DNA of 64,000 bases from NCBI GenBank assembly GCA_964016885.1, contig OZ024746.1, positions 13,454,001 to 13,518,000 on the forward strand, in the 5' to 3' direction. A model generated the notes under the pieces. It worked only from the letters and a program-made list of their open reading frames with translations. It was not told the origin of the DNA and made no database searches. This DNA comes from Eledone cirrhosa. Taxonomy: Eukaryota. Position numbers and translations under genes: made by a program. Positions 38,215-50,579 of this stretch are shown here, in pieces (the first letter of the stretch is position 1; every line of letters starts with the position of its first letter).

Positions 38215-39375
38215 TCCTGAACAGGCTGTAGTCACAAGCAGAAAAAAATCATTGCGGAAGAGCAGGCTGGTTTCCACTGTAGGAGCCTCACAACAAATTT
38301 TCAATAAGAGTTCTATGTGAGAAGTACAGCCAACACCAACAGGATCTTTACCACGTATTTGTCGACTTCAAAAAGGCCTTCGACATGGTGTGCTGAGGGT
38401 GACCAAGAAGAAATATAACATAGGCCAAAAGATCATCCACACCTTACAACAGCTATATGTGAAGGCCTCAAGTGTGGTACTTGTCCAAGGCACAATGGGT
38501 GACTGGTTCCACACGTTAGTAGGCGTCTGACAGGGCTGCCCCCTCTCCCCAGCACTGTTCAACATCCTTGTTGAGCGAATCATGACCAATGCCCTAGTAG
38601 GCAATTCTGGCACAATCAGTATAGGAGGACGAATTGTCACAAACCCCAGGTTAGTTGGAAGTGAAGAACTTAGAGCTGGTGAACCACTTGGATGTAACTT
38701 CTGTCAGATACAGCATGGAGATCAGCACCAAAAACATTAAGCTGATGACAAACACCACAAGGCCAATAGAGAGAAGGATCACAGTCAGCTGGAGACTGTG
38801 ATGCAATTCAAGTACCTTGGTGCCATCATCAGTCAAGAGGGATCAAAGCCAGAGGTCCTTGCAAGGAGTGCTCTAACAGTCACAACACTTGCTAAAGTGA
38901 AACTACTCTGGAGAGACAAAAACACCACTCTTAGATGCAAAACAAAAGTACTGCATGTGTTGGTCCTATCCATCTTTCTATACGCATGTGAATCATGGAC
39001 TTGACGAATTAACTACAAAGAAATACAAGTAGTTGAGATGAGATGCTATAGAAGAACCCTGGGAATCTCCTACACAGAATACATGAGCGAGAAGATCTGC
39101 AAAAGAATCACCCAGCACGTGAATCACTTTGAAGATATGCTGACCACAGTGAAGAGGAGAAAGTTGAGGTGGTATGGGCATGTAACGAGATAGACTGTCT
39201 AAGACAATTATCCAAGGAACAGAGCGGGGAAGACAACATAGCTGAGTGGACGGGGAAGAACATTGCCACAACCTAATCACTCACCCATGACTGACAGAGA
39301 TGGAGGCAGTTGGTGCAGTGTTCAACACTAGTGTGCCAACTACCCCGAAAAGAGTTAAGGGACTGATGATGATGA
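38215..39375 (+). mobile_element. 5'-truncated RTE LINE (RT to 3' end)
   Basis: EEQAGF, LYHVFVDFKKAFD, GV.QGCPLSPALFNI, FKYLGAII, FLYACESWT, RRKLRWYGHV; ends aagggactgatgatgatga. Confidence 0.93.
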
Positions 39376-41501
39376 TACAAATGTGTGTATGTAATTAATA
39401 ATGTATGTATAATAACCTTTATATATATGTGTGTGTGAATTTTAATGCAAATTAATAGCAGGTTCACAATATGTAAATACAATTCAAATGGGAAATACAA
39501 TTAGCTATGATGAGAAATAATTCTGTAACTCTCGCTTATTTGTTTTGAGTTATAATACACACACATATATATATATATGTATGTTTAATAATGTAAGACT
39601 GTGGTTATTCTTGTTTTATATATGGTTTGAAATGTTTTTCATCGTACAGAAAACCAAATATTAATAGGTTTCAAATGAAATTTTTTAATAACGTACTTTG
39701 GATTGAAATTATAATTAAATAATCAAGAATTTTCAATGGACTTTACAGTGATGAATCAAACCAAGACGTTTCACAATATTAGCTTTGGTGGAATATCAGG
39801 TGGCATTTCTACAAATATTACAATGTATTATTTTGTATTTAACAAAGTGAGAACGAGCTGCCTTTTATACAATATCAGCCTTGATAACTGCTACTGAAGG
39901 GTTATCAATAGTTAAACTGACATATTGTCCAATAAAAACAATAGTGGCTTTTCAGATCTGAACATTTTTACAGCCTTGGATTTCCTATGAGGTGGGGTAC
40001 CCAGAACTTTTGTCTTTAAGAACTGAGGCTCTCAGTTTCAACTCTTGTTTGGATTGAAGGAGAAATGCTCACATATTGTGAATAGGTTTTGTATTATTTT
40101 CCTATATATTTAGATTTAGTATATACTTCACTTTTACGGATCCCAATATTCTAAACTTGGTTTTCAGGGAATCTTCAATATGGATATATAATCCCTGTTG
40201 TTCACTCCGACAAGAAGGGTGGTCATCAATAAAGACAACATTAAGTGGTGTCTTATATAATTCATGTAATGAACATCTCCACATCATCAAATACAAAAAA
40301 AGAGAACATTAAATATAAGTAATTTTAAGGAACCCTGAGAACTCAACAGATACTTTGGTCATGGAGATGCTAAATGCTACCCCAAAGTCTCTATTTAAGA
40401 AAAATACAGGACATTTTTAGAGGAAGTTTTATGAGAATCCACCATCTCTAGATTAAGAGGAAGACAATAAACCAGTCCACCACAGAACAGATTTTATATC
40501 TGAGAATTCTCCAATACGTACCCATAGCACCAGCATTACTTTTACCATTCCATTTTTGGACCTCAAGAAGTCTTAACAGAGCATGGCATGCAGTTTAAAA
40601 AGCAACCATGACGAAATACAATAATAACCACAACCTTATCTGGGGTCATTGAAAATCCCTATGACAGCCCAACCTTATTTGGGTCATTGAAAATCCCTAT
40701 AACACTCACAAATGCAATATACAATCAGTGATTTGCAAAACAACAAATACATTTTACCCTCACCTACTCTTTTCAAAATATTCCTGAATGTCACATTGGA
40801 AGACCATGAAGAAACTATGACTAAAACCTTCAATTTGCAGCTGATATTGACCAAAAACATCAATGAAAGGTCTTCAAAATATTACACCAACAATAATTGC
40901 TATAAACATCACACACATACATGCATATATCACAAAAACACATACCACCACAGGCTTTTAAAATATTTAAAACACTTTAGTATACTTTGCCAACATACAA
41001 ATTTGTTTAACAATTATGTCTGATAAGAATACAAATGTAATTATAATGATTGGTACAAAGCCAATGATACACTTCAATTAGGAGGAACAATATCAGTACA
41101 AGGAAAATAGCCATTAGAAACTGTATCTTCCATAGCAACTCCTTGTCTACTCTGCTTTTCTGTTTAGAACTCATACCTGAGGACATGAATACCTTAACAA
41201 AGGTAAGTTAGGATTTGAAGTTATAAAAGCCAAGCTTGTAAATTATCTTCTGTACATGAATGACTTCAAATTGTTTGAGAAATATGAACAGTACCTGAAG
41301 ATGATAATATGATATCTGACTGGACTTGAGGCTTAACAAGTGTATAGACCAGCCATAACTCCTGATGGAGTTGTAGGGGCACCATAGTAATACACAGTGT
41401 GTCATGGGCATTTTAAAAACCTGGTGGAACCCATCTCTTATCTCTTCTTCAGGTCTGAACAGAGCTGATTTCTTTCAGAGAAGTATATCTATGTGTATAT
41501 A

Positions 41502-41640
41502 TATACATGTAGTGTTTGTACCAGAGTTTTCAAGTCGCTGGCTGGACTAAAAAGTCACACTCGTTCAGCGCATCAGTAGAAGTTCTCCTACATGGATATA
41601 AAGTAGTGGCCGTACTCGAAAACGAGTTGGCAGCCACCAT
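41502..41640 (+). mobile_element. Short LINE 3' end encoding a C2H2 zinc finger
   Basis: YTCSVCTRVFKSLAGLKSHTRSAHQ* (41502-41579), then a short GC-rich tail, between (TA)n runs; RTE-type ORF2 C-termini often end in such a finger. Confidence 0.6.
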
Positions 41641-42384
41641 ATATATATAGAGAGAGAGTGAGTGAGATATTGAAGAAGAATCACCCCCAGTACTGGACTG
41701 ATTCTTTTATTGACCTTGAAAGGATGAAAGACAAAGTTGACTATTTGAACTCAGAATGCAGAGGGCCAGAATGAATGCCACAAATCTAATGACATTCCAA
41801 AGAAACTGCCAATTTGTCTGTTTAGCAAGTGCGCTGACAGATTAATCAAACTTGAAAATATCTATTTGGACAAGAAGACTCTTATAAAGGACCTTGATCA
41901 GAAGACGGTATACTAATATCTTGGCATTGATGATACTGATAGTATCTAGTACACCAGGAGGAAAATAGTTATCACAATAAAACAATACAAATAATGAATA
42001 CATCTAGTTTTAAGTTGATGTACTTACAAAACAAGATCACTGTGATTAATAGTCTCACAATGTTAGCACCAATATACAGACTTTGGTATCATCGGCTGGA
42101 AGAGATAGAGTACTGAGAAATGTAGTAGAAAAACAAGGAATTTTCTCACCATGAACAGGCTTCACTAACCTATGGTCAGTGAAATACAGCCCAGTCTATA
42201 ATAAAGCTATTTTGGAGATTAATGAATATATGTAGATGGCTAATGATGGGCTCATCATTATGAAAATATGAAGCAGGAAAAGCCTCCAAATAGGTGTAAG
42301 ATAGAATTGTGACTAAAAAACCTCATTGATATCTCTGAAATGTAAACTGAATAAAATTCTAATTGTGTCTTAAGCCAGGAGACT

Positions 42385-42640
42385 CATTAGGCTGGTATTT
42401 ATCGCAGTTCCATGATGTGAAGTGACTGAAAGTACAAGACTCACTGGACAGGATGCCAGTTCATTGCAGAGTTAAACCCCCAGCTATTTCTGGTACTCAT
42501 TTTCAGCTGAGTATACTGGAGCAACGTGAAATGAATTGTTTTGCTTAAGAACACAACATGCAACCCAGCCCAGTAGTCAAACCCACAACATTATGATCAT
42601 AGTCCAACACCCTTAACACTAGGCCACACACCTCCACATA
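42385..42640 (-). mobile_element. tRNA-derived SINE
   Basis: Reverse strand A box TGGCCTAGTG, B box GGTTTGACTAC; body shared with 37342-37540. Confidence 0.85.
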
Positions 42641-42899
42641 AACTGAATAAAAGCCTGCTAAAATAAAGAAAAGTTGAAAATGAACCAATTAGATAGACAA
42701 TTCTATAAGCTGCTTTATGAACCCAATATAAGAGAGTGTCTTGTACATGGTTGTAGTCCTGTGAGGTGGAAGTATTAGTTGTATCAGTAGATTATTCCTT
42801 TTTTGAAGATAAATAGGAAAGACTGGTTTAAATGTCATGGAATATAAACAGTTATAAACTGGCAATCTGTTGGTTACGACAATGAGTGTTCCAGTTGAT

Positions 42900-43155
42900 T
42901 TAATCAACAGAACAGCCTGCTCATGAAATTAATGCGTAAGTGGCTGAGCATTCCACAGACACATGTACTCTTAATATAGTTCTTAGGGAGATTCAGCATA
43001 ACACAGAAGGTGACAAGGCTGGCTGGCCCTTCTAATTACCTTTTTGCCAACTGAGTGGACAGAAGCAATGTGAAATAGAGTGTCTTGCTCAAGGACACAA
43101 TGTGCTGCCGGGAACTGAACTCACGACCTTGCAATCATAAGCCGAATACACTAAC
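42900..43155 (-). mobile_element. tRNA-derived SINE
   Basis: Reverse strand GGCATGTGGCTTAGTGGTTAG..GAGTTCAGTTCCC..TGTGTCCTTGAGCAAGACAC. Confidence 0.9.
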
Positions 43156-43745
43156 CACTAAGCCACATGCCTTCTCAAACAATTGTAGCATATTAATAAT
43201 AATCAACCAATTTCATAGCTATTCATAAAAGTTAAGATGGAAACTCTCAATGAAATCTCATCAATTTGGCAATTTAATAGATATTTAAATGTAAATTTAC
43301 AGAACATAATGGCTTTACAAAGGTTAGAATTAATTGAAACTCTATCCAGATATTACACACACTTAAAATTTGTATATCTGTTAGAGTCAATTTATGTATG
43401 TATACATGCATGTGTGAATATGTATATGTACATATATACAGACAATTGCTGACTATATAATATGGTTCTTTTTAATAATTTTCTCAATCATTCATTTCCC
43501 TTCTATACAGAAAGATTTTTTATAATAAATGCTACCAAAAACCAACAAAAAACAAAAAACAAAACAAAAACAAGTTCAATCAAATTATGAATGGAATATT
43601 TATATTTAAGCAATTCAGTTACCTTGAAACTTTCACACTTTTCTGTCAATGTTGAAAACTGATCCCTTATTTATTGACATAATTCTGATAATATTTGGCT
43701 TTTGAAAGATAATTAGATCAAATGCTGTTAATGAGAGTGAATTGG

Positions 43746-43748
<3 letters not shown>

Positions 43749-43817
<69 letters not shown>
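43749..43817. repeat. (TA)n microsatellite
   Basis: Direct observation. Confidence 0.95.
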
Positions 43818-43825
<8 letters not shown>

Positions 43826-46182
43826 GCATAATCAAGTATTTCTTTTTTTGAAAACAATGTTCTGGTTTACATTATTAAGAGAACATTAAAAACAAAATGT
43901 TAAAGTATTGCTCTGTATATTATGTCAACATTTGATAGTTATATCGAGTTATATCATACACTTTGAGATTAAAAAATATTTCAGGAAAAAAAAAAATCCA
44001 TCAATATACCAAATTACACAAATTTACACAGCTCGTGGTGAATGTCATTGTTGCTCTTTCAATATATAAAGAAAGAGAGAAATATTTAAATGGAAATTCA
44101 TCAATATGACAATTCCTTAGATTTATCAGCAAATAAACAATGGAATGGTTAAAGAATAATTTGTTTTGGTCCAAGTTCTCTCTTGCTTTTTTTTTTTTTT
44201 TACATTTGTTTGAAATTTCAGACTATAAAACAGATGTTTTCATTTTCTAAAATTAGAAAAAGGATGAAAGAAAATAAAACTCAATAAAGAGAGAAAGAAA
44301 ACTGAAACACTTTGGATTCAAATTTGAAGTAAAACAGACACAATTTTAATGATTTCTTTGGCTTCCATTTTGTTTTGTGAAAACATTTGAATTTTTTTTA
44401 GTATGAAATTTCAAATTTTTGAGAGAGAAAAAACAAAAATAAAGTTTTGATTGAAATAAAAAAAGGATTTGATTATCTTCAAAACTGGAGGCCAACATTT
44501 ACAATTGAATGATTTAGTGCTCAACAAAAGCAAATTAAATTTAGTATCAAATCTGTGTACTGAACATAAAGCTATATTTTATAAGACATTCACATAAAAT
44601 CTTGTTTTTATATACGCATATATTTCAGTTCAATGTATGCAGTGTACAAGTAATAATATTAACCAGATTAAGGATTTGAGAGAAGGAGGGAGAGAGAGAG
44701 GCTTACAAATCTCTTTAAAAAAAAAGATGACAATGAATTTTGTAAAGTATAGTTTCTATCAGGTCATAAATAGCTATTGTGTGTAAGTATTGAAATATTT
44801 CTGTTTGCACATTTACAATAGATTTGGAAAAAAATAGTTATGCAGTAATTTTCCTTGATATAGAGAGATAATAAAAATTCTTGATTTAATAATGTACAAA
44901 TTCTGTGTGTATTATATTATAAGAGCAAATTTTGTCAAGAGCAGTGGGTATAGTTGACTAACTTTACCATAGCAATCATTGAAAATTAATTTAGCAGTCT
45001 CAGAGAAGGGAAAAGCAATTCCAACCATGATGAAAGTTGAAGTCAGAATATGGAAATATAACTAAATACTAACTATTTCTAACAATCTTTCAATATATGT
45101 AAAATTTATTTTTTGACTTGGTACAATGCTAAATGTTAAGGTAAGTGGGTGTGTCAGTAGTCAATGGAATTAATGGTGTTTTACTGGTACTTATTTAACC
45201 AATTCCAAAGACATAAAAAGGCATAGGTGACCTCACCAAAATATTGAAGAATTAAACTAAACACTGTAAGGTATTTATTTATTCTGCTATTGTACTTTTA
45301 CCTTTTCAGCTTACACACTGCACCACATGTAATATATATATGTGTGTGTGTGAAAAGAATTGATATGACTAATTAAGATTGTTATCCTGCTTGTAATTAT
45401 TTTAAAGAATATAGCCCAATTTATGTGTTGAAGATTAAAAAAGAACTTCATCAAAATCAATATCTGATGTTTTAATCTATTAGTTAAATAGATGTATAAT
45501 ATTTCTTTGTCATTTTTTAAACAAAAAAAAACAACACTTATCAAGCATGATTGCTTTTATTCAGTCTGACAATATTGCAGTTTTTGGTGGTTTTATTTGA
45601 ACCAGTCAACAATTTGGTAATTTTCTCAGACCCATGAAGACTAGGTTTTTGTTTTTAGAGGTGGCCTTTATTTGCCTTGTTCTAACTATATTGCTGGGTT
45701 GTGAGAGTTTTCCTGAGAGCTAACTGTGTCACTCATTGCTCCATCTTATAACAAGGAACACACTTTAAGTAGTGGGGCTCATTCAAAAAATATATATCAG
45801 CCTCCATCTAATGCTGGCGATGGGTCTGTGACCTGTCCTGGGGGTGTGTGAGATGAAAGCACAAAGGTTGTGTATCTTGAGACCCCTAAGCAGGTCCAGA
45901 AGGGAGTAAACATTAACAATTAGCAACTGGAACTTATCAAGAAAACGTAATACAACTTCATTATAACTCAAACCCATTCACAACTATATTTTCAACAAGA
46001 ATAGACTACATATCAGTTTTAATTCATTTCCAAAATAAGAAAATTGGAAGAGGTTTTTAAATGTTTATACTAGAATACAACTTAAATCTTTTTCATAAAA
46101 TCATGGTGGAATTTCTAGTCAGTGAAATTTTGCATTATTATTCATGTAAGAATGAGATTCCGTTCTAAATGTTTTTATTTAA

Positions 46183-46432
46183 TCCTTTCATGACCATATT
46201 TCTAATGAAATGCACAGTTCACATTTCAATTAATTAAAACAATGATCTAGAATATGGATGGATTAAGTAAAACAATGAACTCTTATCTTATGATGGTATT
46301 TGTAATTTAATTTAATAAGAGTTTCTCATATGAAATTATAACGGGAGATTTGAATTTAAATATGAATACTGAAAAACAAGACATATCATATAAAACCAGT
46401 GGTGATCTTAGGTGGGTTGGTATCAAAAATGG
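46183..46432. mobile_element. TTAA-flanked MITE, family B
   Basis: TTAA|TCCTTTCATGACCATATTTCT...GGTATCAAAAATGG|TTAA; related copies at 48070-48296, 52379-52604, ~30194-30400, ~33200-33412, ~57670-57889. Confidence 0.75.
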
Positions 46433-48069
46433 TTAAATATGAGATATTTAAAGTAATAAGGGATACGTCATGTAGGATGATATTGAAAGGTATTAAAGCA
46501 TCGTAACAGATATTTTAAAAATGTCTCACATCTAGCAATCAGCTGCTAACTATATTCTAAATATAAACTCTGTTATCAATGAAGAAAAAACATGTTATGT
46601 ACTAATAACAGCAGCTTGAAACATGAATGCAATATTTTAATGTGGCAGTTACATTTTCTACAATATTCTATTTGACCAGTGTCCAATTCTTGTTTCCATA
46701 GCATTTAGTAAATAGGAGAGAAATTACCTCATTGAATACAATAGTAGTCTATCACAAATAACTTTTCACAAAAATCCTGTCCATATTCTAGAGTTGGATG
46801 AAGTGAGATAATGCAGATCTGTCTTTTACAGAAATATAAAATAGCAGATATGAACTTCTGGCTCATAAACTGACAGTTCAATACTTAATGTACTTGACTG
46901 AGTATTGAACACAAGAAAACAGCTTCATAATTTCTGTAATAGAAATTTAGTAGAGATATACCATATCTGACTAATGAGTATACAGAAGGGTGCAGAGAAC
47001 ACAAAAGTAGATTACTACTATTTTTAGTTGCTATACATGTACACACAAATAAACATTCAAAGAATATATATATGTATATATAAAATAATGTTCTTATGAA
47101 GTTGATAGTTGAAGTGAAATTTTTCAGCATATAAAAAAACATTTAAGCTGATAAAAAATAAAACAAAATAATCAAAGTTTGGCAGTTTTACATTATTCAA
47201 ATCATTGGACAGGAATGTGATAGTTTTTTTTTGTTCTTTTTTTTTTGCTTATAGCAAAATGGTGAAAGTAGGGAAAGCTACACATAATTATTGTTCTTGT
47301 TTTACAAAAACAAAAGGTGACATATATTTCTTTGTGTACAATAAATGAAAGAAATGAAAACACAGGCAAATATTTTTGGCAACTTCTGTATATTTTTTTA
47401 CCAAAAGACAAAAAGAGAAAACAGTTGATTTGCCTTTTTTTTTCTTTTATATAAAAAACAATGCATTTTGTTTTTAATTTAAATCATTCATAAAAATTTC
47501 AAATATCACAGAAAAAAATTTAAGCAAAAATGATAACATTTTAACTATTTCTTAATAGAATATAATGAACAGCATCAATAACAACAAACATAAATATGTG
47601 AAAAGAAAGAATATGTTCACTAATTAAAGACCAAATCTCATCAGTTAATTCAATAATTATACTTTCTAAACAGGAATTAAAATAAGTCTGTATTTAAAAA
47701 AATATCAATTTACAAAGGTTTCCTGTTAACACAAACAATTTCATTAAATGACGTATTTCCTATCAGAGTTAATCACAGACTATCAAAAACAATGTCAAGA
47801 CAAAAATGGTAAGCTGTCTTTCAGTATTTTAACATTATAGTAGCCAAAAGCACTACAAGTTTTATATTTATGTGAGTATATTTAATAGTTTTACAAAGAA
47901 ATAAATAGAAAATAGATGATACACAATCAAACACAAAGTCTGGAAGAAAAGAACAAAAGTATATGAAGATTTCTCCCTTAGATGCGTGTTATTTTTTTCC
48001 TTTTAACAAAGAAGCAGCTACACTTAATAGTTTAGTATAATTAATAACTATGTTATTTATTTTGTATAA

Positions 48070-48296
48070 CCCTTTTTTTACCATATTTCTAATGAAATAC
48101 ACTTTATTTAAATTATTTAACAAAGCATTTTAAGGGATATATTAAAATTAATTATTTCGTTACCGAAATAGTAACTTAACTTATGCTTCTTATATAAAAT
48201 TATGTTGGAAGATTATATTTAAAATAAGAATTTTTTCAAATGCGTAGTTTTATTATATGACTATGACCAGTTTTGACCGGATTGGTAACAAAAAAG
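48070..48296. mobile_element. TTAA-flanked MITE, family B
   Basis: CCCTTTTTTTACCATATTTCTAATGAAAT...GGTAACAAAAAAG|TTAA. Confidence 0.7.
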
Positions 48297-50328
48297 TTAA
48301 CTATAACAGATGTAACATGTTAGCAGAGCCTAAGTTGACCCAGGCAAGATTTGAACACAATTTAAATATAACATTTGGTTCTCTATCAGTGATGGAAATG
48401 GCAGTGTATATAGGAATATAGCATATCCTTACTTCTCAATTTTGAGGTTTTTTTTTTTCAATGTCTACTAATAGATACATTTATTATTAGCTATCATTTG
48501 TCAGCTCTCATAATAAAACACATAATATAGATTAAGTTATAATATTCTATACAGCAAAAGTGGTTCAGCATTCTCACAACAGTGCCAACATTTTACAAAT
48601 ATTCCAATGAGGGCTTTCATTGCCCTGGGACATTCTGATAGATTTCCCTGTGATCCTCAACTATAACTTTTTAATATAGTAAGCCTTACTGTATACTAAG
48701 TTCCCAAAGCCCATTTCCATCGTTACTCCTCATCTCTCAGCTATCTCAACTGCTCTGAAGAGAGTTATAAACATAAATCAACTTTTTTGCTCCACCTTAG
48801 TAGATTCTGTACAGACAAAATAAAAGTATTTTTAATCAATTACAAAGCAAATTGAATAAAAACTGAGCATTGACAAATTTGGCAGATGTAAAATAAATTG
48901 AGGGTGAAAGATATTTAGCTGTGACATAATAGGTAATAAACTTTAAGACAATAAAGAACTTTCTAGTTGTCAAAGCATCACCAATTTTCAGTAATTAACA
49001 CTAATTATTTTTACTTCAGTGTCTAATATATGATGTCTCATAACAATACATACACAAGACTCAACAGCTCTTCTACAGTAATTACCAAATAACAGAAAAT
49101 AAATGCTTGTGTGAAGAGGAAAGGTTATGCTCATAATTTTTTTAAAGTGCTTCTAATTGAAGAAATATTCTTTTATTCCAAAATTTGCTTGAAATACAAT
49201 AGTGGGCAAATAACAAATAAATTAAGCAATGATTGTTTGACTAATTAAAATGCTAAATATAAAGAGAAAGTAAAAACATTAACATTAAATGCCACAGAAC
49301 AGGTTTATACCTGAAAATAGAATTTATAGGTTTCAATTAAACTATTTTTGTAAATATTTCTCTTCTTCATTTTAAAATATTTGAAAAATGATAGTTGTTT
49401 TTGTTCTTCTTTCAGTTCAATTTTGAAATATCTATTAAAATAATTCTATAGTAGCAGGTAACAACAATTTACATTATACAAGAAAGGACATGAAAAAAAG
49501 ATAAAATTTCTTTTTTCAATTTATATTTGTTAGATGAGTTAAAACAATTTAACTTTTAACATTCTGTATTGATTTAGCAAAAAATGTCTAAAAACAAGTT
49601 TGTTAATTCAAATGTTTATAAGTATCTTTACTAGTAGACAGATAGTTGTGAAAATTTGCAGTATTACAGTAAAGACTTCAATTTTTAATGTGATGTAGTC
49701 ACAGACTTGTTTGCTATGTGTCAAGAATGTCTTGCTAATGCAGTTTCATGTGGAACAGGGTTAAATTAACTAAAACTATGAACTTCATCTGTGTTATGTT
49801 TCAATCAATTCCTACTATAATTGTCTTCAGGTGACCTATTCCTACATAGCTGTAAACTGGGTTTCATCTCAGGACTTATAACTCTAATGCAGAATATTTA
49901 ATGTTTTTCTATCTTCTCTACAACAGTCTCATAGAAATAAGGTTTTGAGTTTACAACAAACCTAGGAAGACATTTAGGTATAGGAAAAGAGTAGTGCAGG
50001 AAGAGTTACATAAAAGATGAGTTTAGTACACAGGAAATTTAAAATCATTTTTAGTATTCGAATATGTTTGTGAACTCCTGTAAAAATTATACATTGTTAT
50101 ATTACATAACTTAAGTGTTTTATAGTGATGGCAGGTGTCATATTTGGGTGAAACAGTGTTTGAAATTTTGACATGAAGTAATGGATAGGTAGAACACAAC
50201 AAACCCATAATCAGCAGAATAACAGAATTCAGCAGTGGGAAGACTTATTAACAATACAGACTGCAACAGGACTGATTACACTTGGTTATTAATGATTCTA
50301 TTTGCTTCAGTCTTTTCCAGCATGGTAC

Positions 50329-50330
<2 letters not shown>

Positions 50331-50400
<70 letters not shown>
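50331..50400. repeat. (TA)n microsatellite at the start of the HRG1 3' UTR
   Basis: Begins about 12 nt after the TGA on the - strand. Confidence 0.95.
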
Positions 50401-50401
<1 letters not shown>

Positions 50402-50412
50402 CACAGTAAAGC

Positions 50413-50579
50413 TCAGTCATCGCCATTTAGAGGTGGTGCTTCTGTTGGCAAAATAGTATAAACGTCACAAAGTAACTGACGATATGATCGAGTGAAATAT
50501 AACAATAGCAGTCCCCACTTCCAAGTCATAAAACACCAAACTGTAGTAAGGAAGTAGCCAGACCCATAAATCTGTAAGC
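50413..50579 (-). CDS. SLC48A1: HRG1 exon 3 (TM4, C-tail, stop)
   Basis: Acceptor ttttgtatttccag|GC; LQIYGSGYFLTTVWCFMTWKWGLLLLYFTRSYRQ...GDD*. Confidence 0.93.

Noticed and set aside
41479-41579. Host C2H2 zinc-finger exon
   Set aside because: Single finger then stop with a LINE-like tail between (TA)n runs; better explained as a truncated LINE end, although an acceptor-like site exists at 41478.
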